The notes below the pieces were generated by a model that was given only the letters and a program-made list of their open reading frames with translations, searched no databases and had not been told where the DNA came from. Position numbers and translations under genes: made by a program. This document shows positions 11,370 through 25,499 of a DNA stretch of 64,000 nt, piece after piece. Numbering within the stretch: position 1 is the first letter of the stretch; the number at the start of each line of letters is the position of its first letter. The stretch comes from Octopus sinensis (taxonomy: Eukaryota), in assembly GCF_006345805.1 (NCBI RefSeq), contig NC_042999.1, positions 126,914,001 to 126,978,000 of the forward strand, in the 5' to 3' direction.

Positions 11370-12660
11370 CTAGTCCAATACATATAAATAGTGGACATGA
11401 TAGCTAAACAAGAAGTGTCGAATAGAGAATTTTTGAGTTGAGTTGGTGATTTGGTTGAAAAAAAGCGTTGTTGTTATGAGCGATGAGTTGTTGGACCTTC
11501 ATTTTTGAGACTGTTGTATTTGTTGGAATTCTGCTGATATTGTTGAATTTGATTATTGTGGAATTTGTTTCTTACCCATTGTTGGGGATGGAAGCTGGCA
11601 GCTACACTGCGGTAGCAAGCAAAAGCCTGTCAGCCAACATGCTGCAATTAAAAGAGATAAAGATGGAAGGAAATGATTTTAAAAAATACAAGAAACTGTT
11701 CAAGAAGGAGAGGGATTGCTTCCGATTGATACCACCTATTGATGCATTGCAAAAGGCTGAAAAGAAAATGATAGTCTATAGAACATGGAAACCAAAAGAG
11801 TAGAAGTAGCAGAGATTGAAGCAATAGAAGAGTATTTGTGAGAGGTCAAGGGAATGACAACATTCTGTGCCTGAAGAAGGAAGTACAGCACAATGGAGGT
11901 GCACTTTGTGAACGAGGAGGAAGCAAAAAGGCACACCACTGTGCCTTTGAGAACGGCCAAGTGGGAACTCTTGCCGACTACTGTTGGAAACAAGCTGCAA
12001 GAGTTAGGACAGGGAGAGTACCCTCAGATAGATGAGGCATGGCTAGTGGCAGCCATCTTCTACAATTGCAAGGAGGAAGTGGAGGTGATAAAGGTCGAGA
12101 AGTTGAAGGAGATCAACTGGTGGGTGTATGGTCTGGAAGTCTTGATACATATTACCCTACCAGATTTACATCAGGTAGTAGAAGAGCTTGTCCTCCCCTA
12201 TGAGACCCGACTGGCAGTTGTGGTGGAGCAAAAACAAGAGATATATAAAAATGGAAAACAGGACTGGGAATAAGGAAGTATAACTAGATATCTGGGTAAT
12301 GTGATGTACATAGCAAAAGGACCAAAATATGAACACAGAATGCATGTAAACCAATTAAAAAAAAGATATACCAAAATTCAAGAGAGACAAGAGGAACCAA
12401 TGGATATATGGTATGATTTGTTTGAGGTCCCAGAACCACAAGCAGAAGCAAAACCAACATGTAGGTCAAACAGGAAGAAAAAACCTACAGAAATTATGGA
12501 ACTTAACTCTAAGAGAAAAAGATAAGTATAAATAGTGGATGTGATAGCTAGACGAGAAGCAGCGCATAGAGCGAATCGGAGCTGTAGGTAGACTAGATGT
12601 CAAGTTCTGTTGAGTTGAGTCATTGGAAGTGAGAGTTCAGTAGTTGAATTGAGGTACGTT
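11370..12660 (+). mobile_element. Internally deleted Gypsy-like LTR retroelement remnant
   Basis: Diverged direct repeats TATAAATAGTGGA..TGATAGCTA.AC.AGAAG at about 11385 and 12528. Broken ORFs between them end in GPKYEHRMHVNQLKKRY, typical of the C-terminal region of Gypsy integrases. No TG..CA termini or TSD seen. Confidence 0.55.
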
Positions 12661-12732
12661 ATTGGCAAAGGCACACCATCTGAATGTGCAATATAATGGT
12701 ATATTTGATAACTTTTCTTTATATATATATAT

Positions 12733-12908
12733 GATAGGCTTCTTTCAGTTTCCATCTACCAAATTCACTCACAAGGCTTCGGTTGGCCTGAGTAGAAGAC
12801 ACTTGCCCAAGATGCCACGCAAGTAGGACTGAACCTCAAACCATGTGGCTGGGAAGGAAGCTTCTTACCACACAGCCACGCCTGTACCTATATATATATA
12901 TATATATA

Positions 12909-12952
<44 letters not shown>

Positions 12953-13140
12953 CTAATATATATGTATGTGTATGTGTCTGTGTGTACAATGGGCTCCTTT
13001 CAGTTTGCAAATCTGCCCATACAGCTTTGATCTGCCAAGGGATATAGTAGAAAACACTTGCCCAAGGTGCCATTTGGTGAGACTGACTGCACGACCACAT
13101 GATAGGGAAGCAAGTCTCTTAACAACACAGCCAAACCTGC
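12733..13140 (-). mobile_element. Two SINE-A 5' halves (about 12733-12885 and 12985-13140)
   Basis: Both match the reverse complement of the SINE-A head, separated by TA/TG microsatellite. Confidence 0.7.
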
Positions 13141-13229
13141 ATAATTTTACATTTAATTTTACACAGCTTACATGTGCGACACTGGTATGCAATCTTCTGG
13201 CATTATTGCCTGTGAAAGACCAATGTATG

Positions 13230-13284
<55 letters not shown>

Positions 13285-14909
13285 ACTCTATTTCTCTCTC
13301 TCTTTCTCTCAAGAGAAATTCATTTTTTATTAGCTTAACACTTATAGAGCAAAGTAGTGGATTGTTGATCTTTTACAGCTCATTGGGACGTTTATTATAA
13401 TATAATCATTACTTTTTGGCATAAGAATTAGTGCAAAGGAAATTAAGATCAAAGATTTAATTTAAATATGACCACTTTAAACCAGATAAATTTTTATGAA
13501 AAGGATTACAAAAAAATATAAAAAAACCCACTTGATTATACCCTCTTGTTCACATAAAGTATTGTGCTATAACTAAAAAAAGTTGTTTAGACAAGTTTCT
13601 CTAAATAAAGATTATGTATATTATGCATCGATCTCCAACCCATGCTAGCATGGACAGTAGAGATGAAGTAATGATGATAATGATGATGATGATGTTGATG
13701 TTGATGAGGATGATGATGATGACAATGACGGCGATGTTTATGATGAGTGTGAGGATGATGTATTGACAACCCCTAATTAAAAACCAAACAACTCATAACC
13801 TTTGTTTGAGATTTCGTCTGAAGATTTTTACACACTGACAAAAAAATGCCTAAGTGCAACTGATACAAATACAAGGAAATTTATCTAAATTATCATAAAA
13901 TGAAGGCAAAAAACCCTGCAAAAAATTTACTTTTTATGCAATCATTTCTACAGGATACTTGAAAGAAAAAGATATCTGTCTCAAATTAAAAAATAAATAA
14001 ATAAATAATTAATCTGCATTTCAAGAAAATAAAGTTTTCAAAATCAATTAAAGGAAAATCCCATTGACAAGAATACCAATTGTATTATGTGCACCTAAGA
14101 ATACATGTTTTACATACATAAATATACATGACTGTGTATTTACATATATGAACATGCATGAAACCACATTAACATATAGATATAGATTAAATACACACAC
14201 ATATATACATATACACAAACACATTATACACACCCCTCCCTCTATTTCCCATTCCCTTCCCTTTTTCTCTCACATACACATATGTTATAGTACTGCCTTT
14301 TGGTAAATTCAATTGGGCCATTTGAAACACATACATCATTGTATTTACTTCATAATTTCTGTTAGTGGTTAATTGTATAAAAACCACTTCTTTATTTCTT
14401 AACTATAGACAACGTGTGTGTTTGTGTGTGTGAGTGTTTAAGTATCTAAAATGACTTTATTGAGTTACAACTATATCTCTTTCAAAATGTTCATGACTTC
14501 AGAGTAAATTCAGTAGCCAAAAAATTTGTTTTGTTCTTTTATTCTTTTGTTGGTTTCAGTTTTTGGATTATGGCTAGACCTTCAAGGGTTCTAATTCCTT
14601 ATATTTACCCCAATGTGTTGCCTAGTAATCCTACTTTTGATCCTTGACTAAGATTACCTTTTCGCACAAAAGAATGTAACTCAATAAAAGTCTAAATATC
14701 ACAGGATGTTTTTTTTTTTTGTTTAATCACACACATTTATAAGCACATATATACATATAAATATAAATACAGACACACATGTATAGATGCACTCATATAC
14801 AACAGATTTCTGTACATGTTTCTGTTTAACAAATTCACCCTTCATGACATTTGTCAATTCTGTGGACCATGGTACAAAACATTTGTCCTATATACTGTGC
14901 AATGAAATT

Positions 14910-15230
14910 GCAAAGGTAAGGCCCACTTCAGTCACAAATGGCCATGGAATTGCACCAAGAAATTTTCCTTCTGAGGCATAAGTCCAGTTAAGGTTGTTAA
15001 TGGAAGACTAGAAGTCACCCATGCATGCCAGCCTTCTCTCTCTGCACCACTGATATTGTTCGAGGGAAAGACAAATGCTAATAAAGCTTGGTACCTGCAA
15101 TAACGCAACACATTTCTACAGCAGAATGAACTGGAGTAATGTGAAATAAAGTGTCTTGCTCAAGAACACAACATACAGCCTGGTCCAGGAATCAAGCTTA
15201 CTACCTTATGATCATGAGCCTGATCTTCAC
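14910..15230 (-). mobile_element. tRNA-derived SINE family C
   Basis: Reverse complement contains CTTGAGCAAGACACTTTATTTCAC and the same tail as 20306-20616. Confidence 0.7.
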
Positions 15231-16409
15231 AATGGAATTGTACCAGGAAATATATACAAGAAGAAAATATCATAGACACTACAAAGGAGTGTAGTATTAT
15301 ATGGTAGTGATACTTAGGCATTGAACGAGAAGTGGGGAGAAATGAAATTAACATAGACCAGTCATGGGCAAACTACAGCCTATGAAGCTTTCTGAATAGC
15401 ACACCTAATGAAAAGTTAATCCTGAATATTCTAGTAGTGCAGTCATGCCTTATGCAGCCCACTTCTCAAGAACAGTTGTCCATACCTGATATAGTCTATA
15501 GGATATGTGATATTATCTAACATGAAAAAATAAAAGCGAGCTAAGAAAATTTATTATAATTCTATTCACATCTTGGCTGTATTATAAAATGTAAATCAAC
15601 TCCAGTACTTAACTGGTAACTTATTTTATTGACTTGGAAAGCTGGAATGCAAGATTTGAACTCAGAAAGTAAGAGTCTATAACTAAATATTGCAAGCATT
15701 TTATTGAACAGTTTAATGATTCTACCAATCCATCACCTAATCTAAAGTAGCTGGACATGTTTTAAAGGTATTGGGTGATGTATGCTGAGAGATAAGTGTG
15801 TTGTTGTGGGGTAGATGACATATAGTGGATGCACTATGCACTATCAATAAAAGACAGCCATGGCAGAGTCAGTATTTGACAGAAAAATGCTGAGTACTAT
15901 TCAATGACAGATAGTCATGACAGAGGAAGGCTATCATGGAAGATACTGGAAAAAGTGCTGTGATCATATAAAGAACAGAAAGAGATGTTCATTTTTTTTT
16001 AAGGAACATAAACAAAATTAAAGCTTAATTTAATTACTATTTCATCTTTAAGTTGATATATAAAATTTATTTTAATATTGTCAATGGGAAAAAATATTTT
16101 CAGGCATGCTTCATGTTAGCAACTCCAAACTAAGAATTCCTGGTAATATATTTTGCTTTTCATTCTCTTCCAACATTGAAAGTAATTGTGCACTGAACAT
16201 CTGGGATTAATATTTTTCCCTCTGTTTCCATCAAACAGAAGTATAAAAGGTACAGTGGGGTGAATGGAAACTAAAGCCTAACAATATTCGACTGAAACAG
16301 TTGTTTGCTACCATATAATCAGTCAATAGAGGATGCAGACATCAAAGTGTTTAACTCACATCTGGCAGCCGTACCACTTTTGAATGATTCAGTTCAGTTC
16401 AGCTCAGAG

Positions 16410-16419
16410 AAAGTGACAG

Positions 16420-16451
<32 letters not shown>

Positions 16452-16830
16452 GGAGAGAAAGGAAGAGAGTGAGAGAGATAGAGAGTGAGTGTGTGTGTGT
16501 GTGTGTAAGAATGAAATTCAGAGAGTGAGGAGAGAGGAAGAGAGAGTGAGAGAAAGAAAGAGGGAGAGAAAAAGTGAGATAAGTGTGTGTGTGTGTAATG
16601 ATATTTGGAGAGAGGGGTGGGAGGGAAGGAGCAAGAGAGAATGAGTGTGTCTGTGTGTGTTTGAAATTCAGAAAGAGAGAAAGTAAAAGAGAGAGGGAAA
16701 GAGAGAGAGAGAGAGGAAGAGAGAGCAAGAGAGAATGAGAGAGGGGGAGAGAGAAAGAGAGCGAAAGAGAGAGAGAGGGATTTTTATGATTTATCTGAGA
16801 GAGTAAGATAAATTGAGAGAGAGAGAGAGA
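16410..16830. repeat. (GATA)n/(GA)n/(GT)n low-complexity tract
   Basis: Direct inspection. Confidence 0.9.
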
Positions 16831-17237
16831 AGAGTGACACAGAAATATTTAAATTTGTAGCCAATCATCTCATTACAAATGCTATTCTTAAATGTCTCTC
16901 TATACACTGGATTGTACCATCTGCCCAACAATCTATTATTTCCTCCTTTGTATCTAAACTTCCTCAAAAGTATTTTCCTTCAAGCTATTATGTACAGCAG
17001 AGGATGCGCAAAACTGGTTGAAAACAAGGATGAAGTCGACTACAATCTCAGTGTTTCGATTGTTGTTGCTGTCATTGGTCATTGTTGATTTTGTATAACA
17101 TCAGGTCAACTCTGAGTGAACAAACTTATTATCAAAGACACTGCAGCCATGATATAAAGTCAATATGTTAATGATCCATTATATAAGACAGAACAGAATA
17201 GAAAAACAAAGCATTAGATGATGCGTGTGTATGTGTG

Positions 17238-17310
<73 letters not shown>

Positions 17311-17809
17311 TGTGGTCAAAATATTTATTCAAAGCCAATATATCTCAGACTGCATTATCCAGTGTGATAACTGAATTTTATCTTTTCATGTGTACCGAAA
17401 TAAAGTATAAGAATCTAAAAAAAAAAATTATCGGCCTTGTATTAATCAACTAAAATCAGCAGACATAAATAAACTAGAAAGAACTAATGAAATTCTTTAG
17501 TCCCAAATTATAGATACCACATGGCATAATTCTCAATATTGTATAATAGTATTGTTATGGTACAGTACACAATAGCTGGATATGTTTTTGCTTCATGGTC
17601 CCCTATCTCTTATGTTAAAGCAAACATGTGCTAACAGTTAAATGCTTGACGGCAAAATAGTGGTTGAATAAAAAATTTGGCTTTTCTCATTTATACTTAG
17701 TACAATATTTGGTATGTTTTATTGACCTGTCATTAGCCAAGTCTACTTGGCTTGTAACAGGTCACACTTATCTAACCATCTAACTATACAATTGGGTGAC
17801 TTACTTGGA

Positions 17810-18290
17810 GCAAAGTAACTCCTCTTGGACATACCTCTATGTCCATGTGTGGGTTTCCAGAGAAGGAGATCACTGGATATTTCATCCTTGCTTCTCCAGC
17901 AGTGCCCTGTGTATGTTCTTCTTCCTCTGATTACTGAGGTGTTAGTAGGAAGACTACCATACAGTCAGTCACTGCTTTCTAATGTGTTACTGCTAAGAAA
18001 GATTGAGAACTGCACAAAGTATTTTCATATCATGCACTGCCAAGCTTCTTCACTAATATTTATTTTTTCAGTGTCCATGCTGAAGAGCTAGAGACAAATA
18101 CTGATTCAATGACTACTTTGAAGAAACCTCTTCACGTTGTCACGAAGGGAGGTCTTCCAAATAATTCTAAGTCTGTCTTAAGCATTCCATTCTTTTGCAA
18201 CCTGTACATGGATATCTTTTTCTATTGAAGCGATGTTACTTCCTGGGTCACACTACTATTTCAGAATTTAGTACTAGTCATTTATACAAA
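17810..18290 (-). mobile_element. Old RTE/RTEX-type LINE ORF2 fragment
   Basis: Minus-strand translation with stops and frameshifts gives GSNIASIEKDI, RLRIIWKTSL, VIESVF...AWTLKK, GHCWRSKDEISSDLLLWKPTHG, a conserved RTE C-terminal order. Confidence 0.75.
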
Positions 18291-18653
18291 GCATAATATT
18301 TATATGTTTTACACTGCTTGGTTGACAATAGGTCTTCTGTTATTTAATTGTCAAGTCTTTAGTAATTGGAAAGGCATTAATGTGCAAAATGTTTATATTT
18401 ATGAAAACCCATCCACTCTAGTAGTAAAATATTTGTGGAAAATGGTAAGAAGAATACAGAAAATCTCATAACCCTCTTTATACCCTGTTTTATCTAATAT
18501 TTTCTTCTCACATCTCATATTTAATCTTCTGTTTTGACTTTTCTTTTTGTTCTCTACTATATAGTACTGTATGGAACAATATAAAATCTTAAAATGTAAT
18601 ACACACACATACACATATATACATCACACACACACACAATTTATTATATGTGT

Positions 18654-18870
18654 AAGGTGGCGAGCTGGCAGAAACGTTAGCACGCCAGGTGAAATGATTA
18701 ACGGTTATTTTGTTTGTCTTTATGTGCTGAGTTCAAATTCCGCTGAAGTTGACTTTGCTTTTCATCCTTTCGGGGTCAATAAATTAAGTACCAGTTGCAT
18801 ATTGGGTTTGGGCTAATCAACTGGCCCCCTTCCCAAAAAGTTCGGGCCTTGTGCCTAGAGTAGAAAAGAA
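18654..18870 (+). mobile_element. tRNA-derived SINE family B
   Basis: AAGGTGGCGAGCTGGCAGAAACGTTAGCAC head, GAGTTCAAATTCC B-box-like motif, CTTTCATCCTTTCGGGGTC body; multiple copies in the window. Confidence 0.8.
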
Positions 18871-19134
18871 TATATTATGTGTGTGTGTGTGCATCATCAG
18901 TTGTACATCTACCTTTTCCATGCAGGCATGGGTTGGACAAGAGTTCCTCAGTTTAGCAAGACACTCTTTCTAAAAGTAACCTTTAGCTGTTTTCAAGTAA
19001 AGGTACTTTATTCAACTGCCCTTTCTACATCAAACTGCAAGATATAGGCAATGAAAACAATTACCCAAACAGTATCAACACAAAGACACAATTCGACAAA
19101 CACATACACACTCATGCACTCGTACACACATAAA

Positions 19135-19445
19135 TCATCATCATTATCATTTAACAGCCACTTCCCAAACTGGCATGGGTTAGACGGTTTGACTGGAGCT
19201 GATAAGCTAGAGAGTTGCACCAGGTTCCAGTCTGATCTAGCATGGTTCTTACAGCTGGGTGCCCTTCCTAATGCCAACCACTCCAGGAGTGTAGCAGGTG
19301 CTTTTTACATGTCACCAGCATGGGTGCCATTTACGTGACACCAGCAATGCCCACAACTGCAATGCACAGGTGCTATTTACATGGCACCGGCAGTGACCAT
19401 AACTATGATTCAAGGGTGCTATTTACATGGCACTGGCAATGGTGC
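19135..19445 (-). mobile_element. RTE 3' UTR/tail fragment
   Basis: Same conserved block as 5744-5930. Confidence 0.75.
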
Positions 19446-20305
19446 CATATGTAAATATGTACATACACACACATATCTCTTCATACATATGCATATGCGC
19501 AACAGTGTGTGTGTCTCAATGTGTCTTTGCATTGGTGCTGCCTGGGTAATTGTGATGTTTGTGTATTTCCAGTGCCTCAGCAGTTAAATGTGCAAAGGCC
19601 AATTGAATAAAGTAGCTCACTGTAGAACGAGCTTACAGTTTCTGTCTACTAGATTTTACTCACAAGGTATTGGTTAACCTGAGGTTATGGAATAAAAGGT
19701 TTGCCCAAGCTGCGATAGGGTGGGATTGAACCTAAAAATAAAGGGTTGCAAAATAAACTTCTTAACTACATAATACTTATGCTCCCATGACTTTCGGAAA
19801 CATTTTTTCACTCTAAGAGTTGCAGAAGTATGGAACAAACTGCCAGCATCAGTTGTTAGTTGTCAGAGCACTGCATCCTTCAAAACTTCCATGCTTCTTG
19901 AGATTCGCTAACACTACACTTGATTTTCTCCCCTCCATGCACACGCAAGCATGTATCTGACTCATACACTGTTCACTTTCCAGACATTTGTACATTACTG
20001 CATATGCTTTATACTCACTTTTGACAAGTTGTGGTGCACCTGAGCACTGTATGCAATAATTTCATTATGATTATTATTAATATATATATATATAAGTTTG
20101 TACTTATATATTGATTTCAAATTTTGGCACAGGCTATTAAGCTGAGGGGAGGGGTTAAGTCAATTACATCAACCACACTGTTCAACTGGTACTTATATTA
20201 TCAACCCTTAAAGGACAAAAGGCAAAGTCGACCCCAGCGGAATTTGAACTCAGTGTCTGTACTCATATATTAATGAATATATATCTATATCTATATTTAT
20301 CTATC

Positions 20306-20616
20306 AACCTAGGTTCAGTGGTTAGAGTGTCGGGCTTACAATCAAAAGTAGTGAGTTCAATTCCCAGACCAGGCTGTGTGTTGTGTTCTTGAGCAAGACA
20401 CTTTATTTCACATTGCTCCAGTTCACTCAGCTTTAGAAATGAGTCTTGACGTCAATGGAGCCAAGCTGTATTGGCCTTTGCCTTTCTCTTGGACAACATT
20501 GGTGGTGTGGTGAAGGGAGGCTGGTATGCATGGGTGACTGCTGGTCTTCCATAAACAACCTTGCCTGGACTTGTACCTTGGAGGGTAACTTTCTAGGTGC
20601 AATCCCATAGTCATTC
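20306..20616 (+). mobile_element. tRNA-derived SINE family C, near full length
   Basis: A-box-like GTTCAGTGG, B-box GAGTTCAATTCC, and central CTTGAGCAAGACACTTTATTTCACATTGCTCCAGTTCACTCAGC block (CORE-like, by inference). Confidence 0.75.
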
Positions 20617-20620
20617 TTTA

Positions 20621-20710
<90 letters not shown>

Positions 20711-21152
20711 CATCATCATCAGTTTAATGTCCACTTTTCCATACTTGCAGATTTTCCATGACTGGATGCTCTTCTGTTGCCAAACCTCACGTTTCAAAGC
20801 AAGGTGATATTTCCCAATGGCCAGGCATGTCTTCATGGAAGATTGGAAATGTATGTAACTGTTTGTATGACGTGACAATCATTTACAACTATCACATGTT
20901 GTCATGACAAGGTGACACATATATACATACACACACACATGCACATACATACACACACATGCACATACACACACACACACACACATATACATTTATATAT
21001 GATGGGTTTCTTTCAGCTTCCAACTACCAAATTTACTCACAATGCTTTTGTCAATTGGGGGCTATAAAAAGAGACACTCACCCCAGGTGCCACACAGTGG
21101 AACTGAACCAATAGTTGGGACGCAAACTTCTTACCATGCAGCCACACCTGTG

Positions 21153-21189
<37 letters not shown>

Positions 21190-21595
21190 CTTTTACTTGT
21201 TTCAGTCATTAGAATGTGGCCAAGCTGGGGCATTACCTTGAAGAATTTTAGTTGAAAGGATCAACCCCAGTACTTCCTTTTTAACGCTTGGCACTTATTC
21301 TATCAGTCTCTTTTATCAAAGTGCTCAGTTACAGGGACATAAATACACCAACACTAATACCAGTTGTCAAGCAGTCATGGGTGACAAACGCATTCACAAA
21401 GATACACACATATAGATATATAGATATTTACACAATGGGCTTCTTTCAGTTTCTGTCTACGAAATCCACTCATAAGTCTTTGGTTGGCTTAGGACTATAG
21501 AAGAAGACACTTGCCCAAGGTGCCATGCAGTGGGACTGAACCTGGAACCATGTGGTTGGGAAGCAAACTTCTTACCACACACCCATGCCTCATGC
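21190..21595 (-). mobile_element. SINE family A, near full length
   Basis: Matches the reverse complement of 53257-53680. Confidence 0.8.
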
Positions 21596-21620
21596 CTGTT
21601 CCTATATTTATATATATATA

Positions 21621-21933
21621 TCACCGTGATCACCGTGACTGACCAGGCTATCAGATGTTGCTATACATCGCTGGTCACAATGCGCTTCCCATTGTTTTTA
21701 GCCTTCAAATGACGCCACCCCGCTGGCTAAGTGAGCAGGCCAACAGAAGAAAGAGTGAGAGAAAGTTGAGGTGAAAGAGTACAGCAGGGATCGCCACCAC
21801 CCCCTGCCGGAACCTCGTGGAGCTTTAGGTGTTTTCGCTCAATAAACACTCACAACGCCTGGTCTGGGAATCGAAACCGTGATCCTACGACCGTGAGTCT
21901 GCTGCTCTAACCACTGGGCCATTGCGCCTCCAC
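21621..21933 (-). mobile_element. Young tRNA-derived SINE family D
   Basis: Minus strand GGAGGCGCAATGGCCCAGTGGTTAGAGCAGCAGACTCACGGTCGTAGGATCACGGTTTCGATTCCCAGACC has clear Pol III A and B boxes but no tRNA acceptor stem; CpG-rich. Confidence 0.8.
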
Positions 21934-22595
21934 ACAGATATATATATAAAATTGTATGATGCAGTACTGTATTATGCAGCCTTTTGGTCTCTACTCATAC
22001 ATGTATAATAAGCACATTCAAAGAGATGCAGGTGGAAGCTGATTGGTCAAAAGTGTAAAAGAGAATAAAACCATTATGAAGCTATTTTCAACGAAACAAT
22101 AACGACAATGAAGAAATTGATTTCCTTTTAGAAATTTGACACCAGTGTATTTTTTTTTACATTTTTATCTCTCACCTAACTCCCTCATTGATATTTGTTT
22201 ATTTTGTTGTTTTATTTTATGCATTTGTTATTTATTCCATTTCTATTCTTGATGTTGACACCATTTCTCTGTCACAGCACGCAATATGTTTAGAGTTTCT
22301 CTTTTTTTTTGTGTGTGTGTATGTGTGTTTTTTCACAGCTAGCTGATTGTTAGTATGGGTGTAGAACGATAGGTTCATAGATCTTCCAGTGTATATAATA
22401 ATAATTATGGCGGCTACATCTACATAACTACACACACACACACACAGATGAATCTGTACACGTACACAACTCGCTTATAAGCAATAGTCTCATGAATATA
22501 CTGGTAACCATCAGCAACATGTTGATGGAGTGTGGATTAAGAATTGATATTGTAACAAGTTGCTATGACATCACTTAACTGCTTTTGTTATTCAG

Positions 22596-22631
22596 AAAAA
22601 AACTTGTTTTTGCTGAGCATCAAATAATGCT
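22596..22631 (+). CDS. Candidate 36-nt host exon (KKLVFAEHQIML), unidentified gene
   Basis: Branch-like CACTTAAC, acceptor GCTTTTGTTATTCAG|, consensus donor |GTAAGT. Only one frame is open, it lies in non-repeat DNA, and T-rich sequence follows. No homology recognised. Confidence 0.35.
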
Positions 22632-23343
22632 GTAAGTCAGCTTTTGCTAATGGTATACACTGATGTAGGCTTTGTTGGAAAATATTTGACCAACAAAGAC
22701 ATTTCATGCATTTGTTTTCAATTTTTTTTTTACTTGTATTTTTTGTTTTTGTTTTGTTTATTGTTTTTATTTTGGTTCAGTGATCTTTTTTTGTTTCATT
22801 GCTTGAAAAGCAACTACTAAAACAATATTTGATTCCACTTCTCTGTTCTTGCCTTCTGCTATTAATTTAATGTAAAAATAAGGAAAAATATTTCTGATGG
22901 TTTTAAATACTGGGCAAGCAGTGCTAGTGACACTGTTTGTCTGATGGTAAATCTCAGTGAACAAAGTCAGTTTTCATTCTCAGTGTTTTTACATCATGTA
23001 AATAAATATAATATAAAAATTTCCAAAAGCCTAAAGGGACCATAAAAACTTGGTGTTTATTGTTTATTTTATGATGTACGAGATTGACATTTCCTCCACC
23101 CACCAATGGATAGGGTGACAATCTATTGCAGGTGACATTTACAAACAAGGGTGCTTTTACAGTGCTGCTCAACAAGCTAGAAATAGCTGCTAAATCGCCC
23201 TTAAATCTGGTACTTGTTCACACCAATTAAGAGAATTAAAGTACTAACATATACATGACAAAATGTGCAAGGTAGGTCTGAAAATTAAACTTAGGAAGTG
23301 GTAGATCAATATCTATAAATTAAATTGCCTCTGTGTAGGTGTG

Positions 23344-24972
23344 TCATCATCATCATCGTTTAACGTCCGCTTTCAATGCTGGCATGGGTTGGAAGGTTTG
23401 ACTGAGGACTGGCGAGCCAGATGGCTGCACCAGGCTCCAATCTGATCTGGCAGAGTTTCTATGGCTGGATGCCCTTCCTCATGCCAACCACTCCAAGAGT
23501 GTAGTAAGTGCATTTATGTGTCACTGGCATGAGGGCCAGTCAGGTGGTACTGGCAATGGCCATGCTCAAATGGTGCTTTTTATGTGCCACCTGCACAGGA
23601 GCTAGTCCAGAGGCACTGGCAATGACCTCGCTCGAATGTTGTTTTCATGTACCACTGGCACAAGTGCCAGTAAAGCGACACTGGTAATGATCATGCTCAA
23701 ATGGTGCTTTTTATGTGCCACCGGCATGGGAGCCAGTCAGAGGCCCTGGCAATGATCACACTTGGATGGTACATAAATCTTCCACTGGCATGGGTGCCAG
23801 TCAAGCGGTGCTGTCATTGGCCACATCAGTGAATTTGATTTTAATTGTGATTTCACTTGCCTCAACAGGTCTTCGCAAGCAAAGTTTAGTGTCCAACAAA
23901 AGAAAGGTATGCATAAGTAGGCTAGTTACACCGCTGGCATAGGCCATGGGTTATGGTCTCACTTGGCTTGCTGAGTCTTCTCAAGCACATATTTCCAAAG
24001 GTCTCGGTCACTAGTCAATGCCTCGGTGAGGCCCAATGTTCGAAGGTTGTGCTTCACCACCTCATCCCAGGTCTTCTTGGGTCTACCTCTTTCACAGATT
24101 CCCTCAACTTCTAGGGTGTAACACATTTTCATGCAACTGTCCTCATCCATTTGTACCACGTGACCATACCAGTGCAGTCATCTCTTTTGCACACTACATC
24201 TTGATGCTTCTTGGGTTCAACTTTTCTCTCAAGGTGCTTACACTCTGTCGTGTATGGACACTGATATTACACATCCAGCAGAGCATACTGGCTTCATTCC
24301 TTGCAAGCTTATGCATGTCCTCAGCAGTCACGGCTCATGTTTCACTGCCATGTAGCATGGCTGTTCGTACACATGTGTCATACAGTCTACCTTTTACTAT
24401 GTCACCAGCAGAGGTAGGAGCTCTCTGAACTTTGCCAAGGCTATTCTTATTCTAGCAGCCACACTTTCAGAGCATCCATCGCTGCCACTGACTTGGTCAC
24501 CTATGTAATGGAAGCTGTCAACTACTTCTAGTTTTTCTCCTTGGAATGTAACGGAAGTTGTTCTCTGCACATTTTCAGTGTTTGTTGCTCCTGAGCATCT
24601 GCCATATACAAAAACTATCTTCCCAGTTAGCCTTCCTTTGATATTGCTGCATCTCTTATGTGTCCATAGCTTACACTGGGTACATCTTATGGAGTTTCTA
24701 TCAACGTCTTTTCTACAGATTGAGCAGGGCCATCTACCTGAAGGGATTTGTGGTTTGTCTGCCTTCCTACTTATTAAGACTTTGCTTATAGCTAGGTTGA
24801 CTCTAAGGCCCCTCGATTCTAATCTTTGCTTCCACCCCTGAAACTTCTCCACTTGTTCTGATAGTGACTCAGCAATAAAAGCAAGGTCATCAGTATAGAG
24901 GAGCTCCCAGGAGCATCCTGTCTTGAATTCCTCTGTTATTGCCTGGAGGACTATGATAAATAGGAGGGGGCT
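23344..24972 (-). mobile_element. RTE-clade LINE, 5'-truncated, decayed RT and C-terminal region
   Basis: WELLYTDDLAFIAES (YADD-type motif at 24886-24897), RLESRGLRVN, Cys-rich WPCSICRK...CTQCKLWTHKRC, GRPKKTWDEVVKHNLRTLGLT, 3' UTR repeats and (CAT)n tail. Confidence 0.92.
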
Positions 24973-25201
24973 GTGTGTCTCTTAAATTCTTTTTAATTTT
25001 TTATATGTTTCAGTCATTGGATTACAGCCATGCTAGGGCACCACTTTGAAAGGCATAGTCGAACCAAATTAGTCCCAATACTTATTTTTGAAGCTCGTTA
25101 GTTAGTCTATTGGTCTCTTTTGCTGGACCATTAAATTACATGGACATAAATAAACCAATACTTGTCACATGGTACTGGGGGTCAAACACAAACACAGAAA
25201 T

Positions 25202-25246
<45 letters not shown>

Positions 25247-25449
25247 ATCTTTTACTTGTTTCAGTCATTAGACTGCAGCCATGTTGGGACACTGAAGGGT
25301 TTCAGTCAAACAAATTCATCCCAGGACTTATTTTTTTAAAGCCTAGTACATATTTTATCAGTATCTTTTGCTAAGTTATAGGAATGTAAAGATACCAACA
25401 CCAGCTGTCAAGTGATGGTGGTGGTGGTGGACAAACACAGACACAGACT

Positions 25450-25489
<40 letters not shown>

Positions 25490-25499
25490 TATATTATTA

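Noticed and set aside
21860-21933. tRNA gene (and other A/B-box heads)
   Set aside because: No complete cloverleaf or acceptor stem, and the sequence continues into a SINE body.
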